A stretch of 64,000 nucleotides of DNA from NCBI GenBank assembly GCA_965240325.2, contig OZ251255.1:558856-622855 (forward strand), given 5' to 3'. Positions within the stretch are counted from its first letter, which is position 1, and each line of letters begins with the position of its first letter. Shown piece after piece: positions 59,213 through 64,000 of the stretch. The notes beneath the pieces are model-generated. The model was given only the letters and a program-made list of their open reading frames with translations. It ran no database searches and was not told the origin of the DNA. The position numbers were made by a program, and so were the translations under genes. The stretch is from Rebecca billardiae RCC1528 (taxonomy: Eukaryota; Protista; Haptophyta).

Positions 59213-59964
59213 GCCCAGGAGCCGTCGGAGCGTGCCGGGTCCTCCGCGAGTTGGTGGAGGAGGCGCGACAGGCGCAGCGGTTCGGCCGAGCAGCGAAATG
59301 CGCACGTTCTTACGAACGAGACCTCGTGAGCAGCTGGCTGGTTCGACTCGACCACTCGATTCAGGTCGCGACAGGGCAGCTTCGCGCGAAGCTCCCTTCT
59401 TTTGGAGTACGTACTTTATTACTACTTACTTTAGTAGCATTCATCATAGATTCTTGATTGCGCGAACCCGCCTTGACTGTTGATGGTGATAAAGAGAGGG
59501 CACTGGGGCAGGGCGACCCCTTATTATTACTCATTAGGGTGCGACCCCTCAATCCCTGCTCGCATTCTTGAGAGCTAGCTTGATGCCTCTGGAATTCTCA
59601 CGGCGTTCAAGTCAATTAGTGGCTGTGATTGGCCCATGTACTGTCATCAATCTCGCCTGCCTGAGCTGTGTGCGTCTCTTATTATTCTCATAATCATATA
59701 TCTCCATATTCTTCGCGTGGGATCTGCTCCAATTCTGCATGCATGAATTGAGAATTGAGAATGATGAGCTCAATCACAGCCAATCGGTTGGTCGTCGCCG
59801 AGATCGACGATTCTGTTTCCTCGAATCACCGGCCGCCTCCAACGGGGGCCAGGGCCTCCCTTGCGCCTGATGCGGTGGCATGAACCATCGGTCAGACCAA
59901 GGGGCTTATTACAAAATACCACTGGGGGCGAAAGCGCCAGTGCGGAGCCCCGTCGGACGATGCG

Positions 59965-60070
59965 ATGAGACGGACAGCGTCCGGACTCCGGTCAGCGGAA
60001 AACCCTGTGCGAGGTGCGCACCTCGCACAGGGTTTTCCGCTGACCGGAGTCCGGACGCTGTCCGTCTCAT
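59965..60070. repeat. 106-bp perfect spacer-less palindrome
   Basis: ATGAGACGGACAGCGTCCGGACTCCGGTCAGCGGAAAACCCTGTGCGAGGTGC is followed immediately by its exact reverse complement. Confidence 0.95.
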
Positions 60071-60939
60071 GTACAGTCCCCTCAACAATTGGTTACCCTT
60101 GATGTGTTTAGCTGTCTATACCAGCTCAGTCACTGTTTGAGGCCCACTGCTGCATGCTATCTGCTACTGCACCTATAGCCCTCACAGACCAGGTGGGTAT
60201 GAGCTGGGCGGGTGTGTGGGCTGAGTCAGTATCAGATAAATTGAATGCAGGTGCACAACCGGCTGACGGGTGCTGCGCGGGGGTGCTGGACCACCACGAG
60301 GGCAGGCAGGGATGGAAATTCACCCCCTGAGCAGGCTGTGGGCTGGCTGGCTGGGAGTGTAGCAGCTGTATAGTGGGCCCTGGCGCTGCAGCTGGATGGC
60401 CTTATTTGATACTGCCTAGCAGCCAGCCTAGCAGCACAGCCTGGCGTGAGCAGTGCGGTTTCAGTGCGCAGGCCACGTCTCTGCGGGTGGTGCGGTCGGG
60501 GAATGGCCACCACAGTGCACCATAAGATGCACCTAGCCTGCCAGCGGCCCACCTGCTGATTGGGTATGCCCTGTAGCACAGCACACGAGGCTCCGCCGAA
60601 AATCAGCGGCGCGCTGTGCTACAAGCTGGGCTGAAAGGGGTGTGGGAGCCAGTCGAGAGCCTGTCGGCCGGGTATGGACCCGAGTTTCTGCTACCCATAT
60701 TACCTTCATAGGGGAAATGTTTTCTATAGGGATTTTTGGCCCTGTCGGCCGTAGCGATGGTAACACCCCGGTCACCCGCCCGCGCAGGCACGCGAGGGAC
60801 TGCGGCTCGACAGCGCGCGCGTCAGGCGCGCGCGCGCGGCGGCGGCCGCGCGGCGGCGCGCCGCATCGCCGCCGTGACGCCGTCGGCGTCCTGAGTCAGC
60901 GGCGCGGTCGGTCCGCGGCGGCACTCCTGGGCCGGCGGG

Positions 60940-61713
60940 CCCGGGCCTCGCGGCCCGGGAGGAGGCCCCCTGTAACAGCTGTAACACCGTAACACGTAAC
61001 AAGTCCGGCTCGTCCGAGTCCGGGGCTGCCGGCGGGCCGGCCGCGCCGGGCCCGGGAGGAGGCCCCCTGTAACAGCTGTAACACCGTAACACGTAACAAG
61101 TCCGGCGCGTCCGGGTCCGGGGCTGCCGGCGGGCCCGGGCCTCGCGGCCCGGGAGGAGGCCCCCTGTAACAGCTGTAACACCGTAACACGTAACAAGTCC
61201 GGCTCGTCCCGGAGTCCGGGGCTGCCGGCGGGCCGGCCGCGCCGGCGGCCCGGGACGGGAGGCCCCCTGTAACAGCTGTAACACCGTAACACGTAACAAG
61301 TCCGGCGCGTCATCCGGGTCCGGGGCTGCCGGCGGGCCCGGGCCTCGCGGCCCGGGAGGAGGCCCCCTGTAACAGTTGTAACACCGTAACACGTAACAAG
61401 TCCGGCTCGTCCGAGTCCGGGGCTGCCGGCGGGCCGGCCGCGCCGGGCCCGGGAGGAGGCCCCCTGTAACAGCTGTAACACCGTAACACGTAACAAGTCC
61501 GGCGCGGCGAGTCCGGGAGCCGGCCGGTCCGGGGCCGCGGCGGGCGGGCCGCCGGGCCCGGGAGGAGGCCCCCTGTAACAGCTGTAACACCGTAACACGT
61601 AACAAGTCCGGCGCGGCGAGTCCGGGAGCCGACCGGTCCAGGTCCGGGGCGGGCGGGCCGCCGGGCCCGGGAGGAGGCCCCCTGTAACAGCTGTAACACC
61701 GTAACACGTAACA
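60940..61713 (+). repeat. Tandem array of 8 units (97-109 bp) with a 41-bp core GGAGGCCCCCTGTAACAGCTGTAACACCGTAACACGTAACA
   Basis: Cores start at ~60961, 61058, 61155, 61258, 61358, 61455, 61564 and 61673; linkers are GC-rich and related to each other. Confidence 0.95.
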
Positions 61714-62054
61714 CAATGGCGCCGCTCGGCCATGGCCCGTCGTCGGCCCGGTGAAAAAATGGCGGCGGGGCGCGCGGCGCGCAGCGTCGCGCTCGGTGCG
61801 CTCGGCGGGGCTCGATGAGCGCCCGCGGACGGGCGAGCGCGCACGGGCGCGAGCACCGCGGCGGTTCGCGTGGCGTCGCGCTGCACCGACCCCGGCGCGA
61901 GCGCCGAGTCCTTGTTTGCACGCCGCCTCGTTTGCCGAGCCCGTCGGCCGACGGCGCGAGGTGGGCGCGGCGGCGGCGGCGGCGGCGGCGGGGCGGCGGC
62001 GGCGGCGACGGCGACGGCGCGCGGGCGCATGCGCGCTGCACGGCCGCCGCGTCG

Positions 62055-63302
62055 TCAACGCGCCGGGCCCATCGCGGCACGGCCGCTGGCGAACGCGGCG
62101 TGGAAGCGCGAGGCAAACTCGGCGCTGCGGGGCGGCGCGCCCGTGCGGCCGCCGCCCGCGCAGAAGAGCATGCTGCGCAGGCAGACGGCGCGCGCGTACC
62201 CGGCGCCGCGCGCTGGCACGCACGCCTCGTCGGCGCAGCACAGGTCGAGGCCGTCGGACTTGGCGAAGTAGAAGACGGTGGCGTGCTCGGCGCCCTTGCA
62301 CTCGCACCACCTGCTGGCGGTCGAGCACGTCGCGACCGGGCCGTGCGCCGTGCTCCCAGCAAACACCTGCACGATGCGCGGCCAGCGCTCGGCCGAGCCA
62401 GAGACTCGTGCGTGCGCGTGCAGCTGCTCGTTGAGCCAGCCGACCAGCGCCGCGCGCCGCGCGCCGGCCGCCGCATCGCGACCGGCGGCGCTCGTCGCCG
62501 GCACAGCCGGTCGGCCGGGCGCGGGCGGCGGCGCGCTCCACTCGACCAGCTCGGTGCGCAGCCGCGCGCGAGAGAGCCAGCGCGCGCCATCCGCCGCGAG
62601 CCGCCGCAGCGCGTGCTGCGCAGGCAGCGCGTCGAGCCACGCGCAGCGCACGGCGCCGTGCTCGTCGGCGGCGACGACGGCTGCCGGCAGGTAGGGCGGG
62701 CCGCCGTCCGACTTGGCCGTGAACGGCAGGCGCAGGCCCGCCCCGTAGATGCTGCAGTCGATCTCGAGCTTGTGCCAGCACGGCGGCCGCGGCTGCGAGC
62801 GCGCCCAGTCGTGCAGGACGCGCGCGATGCGCGCCGCCTCAGCGGCCGAGATGATGGCCGAGTCGTTCCATGTCGCGTGAATCCCGGCTCGGCGCACGCC
62901 CGGCGCCGAGCCGGCGGCGGTCGCGGGGCTGGGCGCGCGCGCCGAGACGTACACGACGCGCCCAGCCACGGGAACGGGCACGGGCAGATGCTCCTCCGCG
63001 ACGCGGTAGAGGCCGACGAGCAGTGCGGCCACGTCCGAGGGGGAGGGCGCGGTGCTGAAGGCGCAGTCCACATCGACGACGAAGCGCGCGCGCGCGCCGA
63101 GCGCCTCGACCACCATGGGCGCGCGCGCGCCGTGCACCAAGTGCTGCGCGGCCACGAGTGCATCGAGCTCGCGCAGGCGGCTGCTCGGCACGTGCAGCCG
63201 GCCGCCGAACGTACGCTGCGAGCCACTTGCCAGGAACACAACCTCGTGCGTGCACGCCTCGCCTGGGCGCGCGACGCTGCGCGACGCGCGCCCCGCCGCC
63301 AT
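62055..63302 (-). CDS. Archaeo-eukaryotic primase (NCLDV/herpes-PrimPol clade-like) with C-terminal UL52/PrimPol-type Zn finger, intronless, ~415 aa
   Basis: THEVV..GGRLHVP, VVE...RFVVDVD (motif I), AGIHATW (motif II), IDCSIYGAGLRLPFTAK...PYLP (motif III), Zn finger RWC-x6-H-x15-C-x4-C. Confidence 0.82.
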   Translation of the reverse strand: MAAGRASRSVARPGEACTHEVVFLASGSQRTFGGRLHVPSSRLRELDALVAAQHLVHGARAPMVVEALGARARFVVDVDCAFSTAPSPSDVAALLVGLYRVAEEHLPVPVPVAGRVVYVSARAPSPATAAGSAPGVRRAGIHATWNDSAIISAAEAARIARVLHDWARSQPRPPCWHKLEIDCSIYGAGLRLPFTAKSDGGPPYLPAAVVAADEHGAVRCAWLDALPAQHALRRLAADGARWLSRARLRTELVEWSAPPPAPGRPAVPATSAAGRDAAAGARRAALVGWLNEQLHAHARVSGSAERWPRIVQVFAGSTAHGPVATCSTASRWCECKGAEHATVFYFAKSDGLDLCCADEACVPARGAGYARAVCLRSMLFCAGGGRTGAPPRSAEFASRFHAAFASGRAAMGPAR

Positions 63303-63394
63303 TTTTTCACGCGGCCACGGACGAGCGGCCACTGCGCCATCGTCGCGAGACGCGGCGGCAGGTCGCTCGGGGAGGGGCGCGGGCGACGCGACTC

Positions 63395-63697
63395 GTGCTC
63401 GCGCCCGTGCGCGCTCGCCCGTCCGCAGTCGTTCCTCGAGCCCCGCCGAGCGCACCGAGCGCGACGCTGCGCGCCGCGCGCCCCGCCGCCATTTTTTCAC
63501 CGGGCCGACGGGCCGCGGCCGAGCGGCGCCATTGTGTTACGTGTTACGGTGTTACAGCTGTTACAGGGGGCCTCCTCCCGGGCCCGGCCCGGGCGGCCCG
63601 CCCGCCCCGGACCTGGACCGGTCGGCTCCCGGACTCGCCGCGCCGGACTTGTTACGTGTTACGGTGTTACAGCTGTTACAGGGGGCCTCCTCCCGGG
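63395..63697 (-). repeat. Right inverted repeat containing two inverted GTAAC core units
   Basis: TGTTACGTGTTACGGTGTTACAGCTGTTACAGGGGGCCTCC at 63535-63575 and 63650-63690. Confidence 0.95.
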
Positions 63698-64000
63698 GCC
63701 CAGCGAAACCCGCCCGGCCCCGGCCCCGGACCCGGACTGGCCGGCAACGGGCCGCGAGAATCCGAGACCGACGGTCTCAAGTGAAAGTGATGGCTGACAG
63801 TGTGCTCAGCCAGGGTTTAGTCAGGCGGCGTGGCTCGGTCAGACACCCGCAGTCCGGGTGAGTCCGGCGTGAGAGTGTTACATGTTACTGCTACGCTCGG
63901 CCCGTAACACTTTTCACGGGCGCGACGGGGGTGAGTAATAGTTAGAGGAATTGTTACCCGGGAGAAACTGGGGTCCTTGGTCCGGACTGGGCCACATCCG

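Larger units (their letters stand above)
60940..63697. mobile_element. Candidate primase-encoding element bounded by long inverted repeats
   Basis: 61557-61856 is the near-perfect reverse complement of 63395-63697 and encloses a single AEP gene. No TSD identified. Confidence 0.6.

Noticed and set aside
60940-61713. CRISPR array (conserved repeat with variable spacers next to a primase, reminiscent of CRISPR-associated Prim-Pol)
   Set aside because: The linkers are homologous to each other and alternate rather than being unique, there are no cas genes, and the context is eukaryotic.

Overview
Very GC-rich, intron-containing eukaryotic DNA. The style (GC-rich GT/GC-AG introns, TTAGGG-like tracts in introns, Ala/Gly-rich proteins) suggests a haptophyte alga such as a Pavlovales species; that assignment is inference. 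Compact gene blocks, often head-to-head pairs, encode a Gly-rich unknown protein, an LNR+Kringle membrane protein, a Btz/CASC3-like protein, CASP golgin, an Asp/Asn beta-hydroxylase, a mitochondrial carrier, a C2 protein, IPI1/TEX10, RPL10A, an importin-beta-like protein, an ankyrin protein and a hybrid histidine kinase. These alternate with lower-GC blocks of stacked or nested DNA transposons (about 7.2-10.3, 18.7-27.3, 32.4-43.6 and 59.4-64 kb). The strongest candidate for an undescribed system is at 60.9-63.7 kb: an intronless, virus-type (NCLDV/PrimPol-like) AEP primase-Zn-finger gene enclosed by ~300-bp inverted repeats built from GTAAC-rich, iteron-like ~100-bp units, with no transposase, helicase or capsid gene between the repeats. 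Other notable items are an orphan ORF present as two near-identical inverted copies, a TAG...CTA transposon family with 7-bp TSDs, a DD45D pogo-like transposase, spacer-less perfect palindromes and micro-insertion hotspots. All calls are by-eye motif recognition; no database searches were run.
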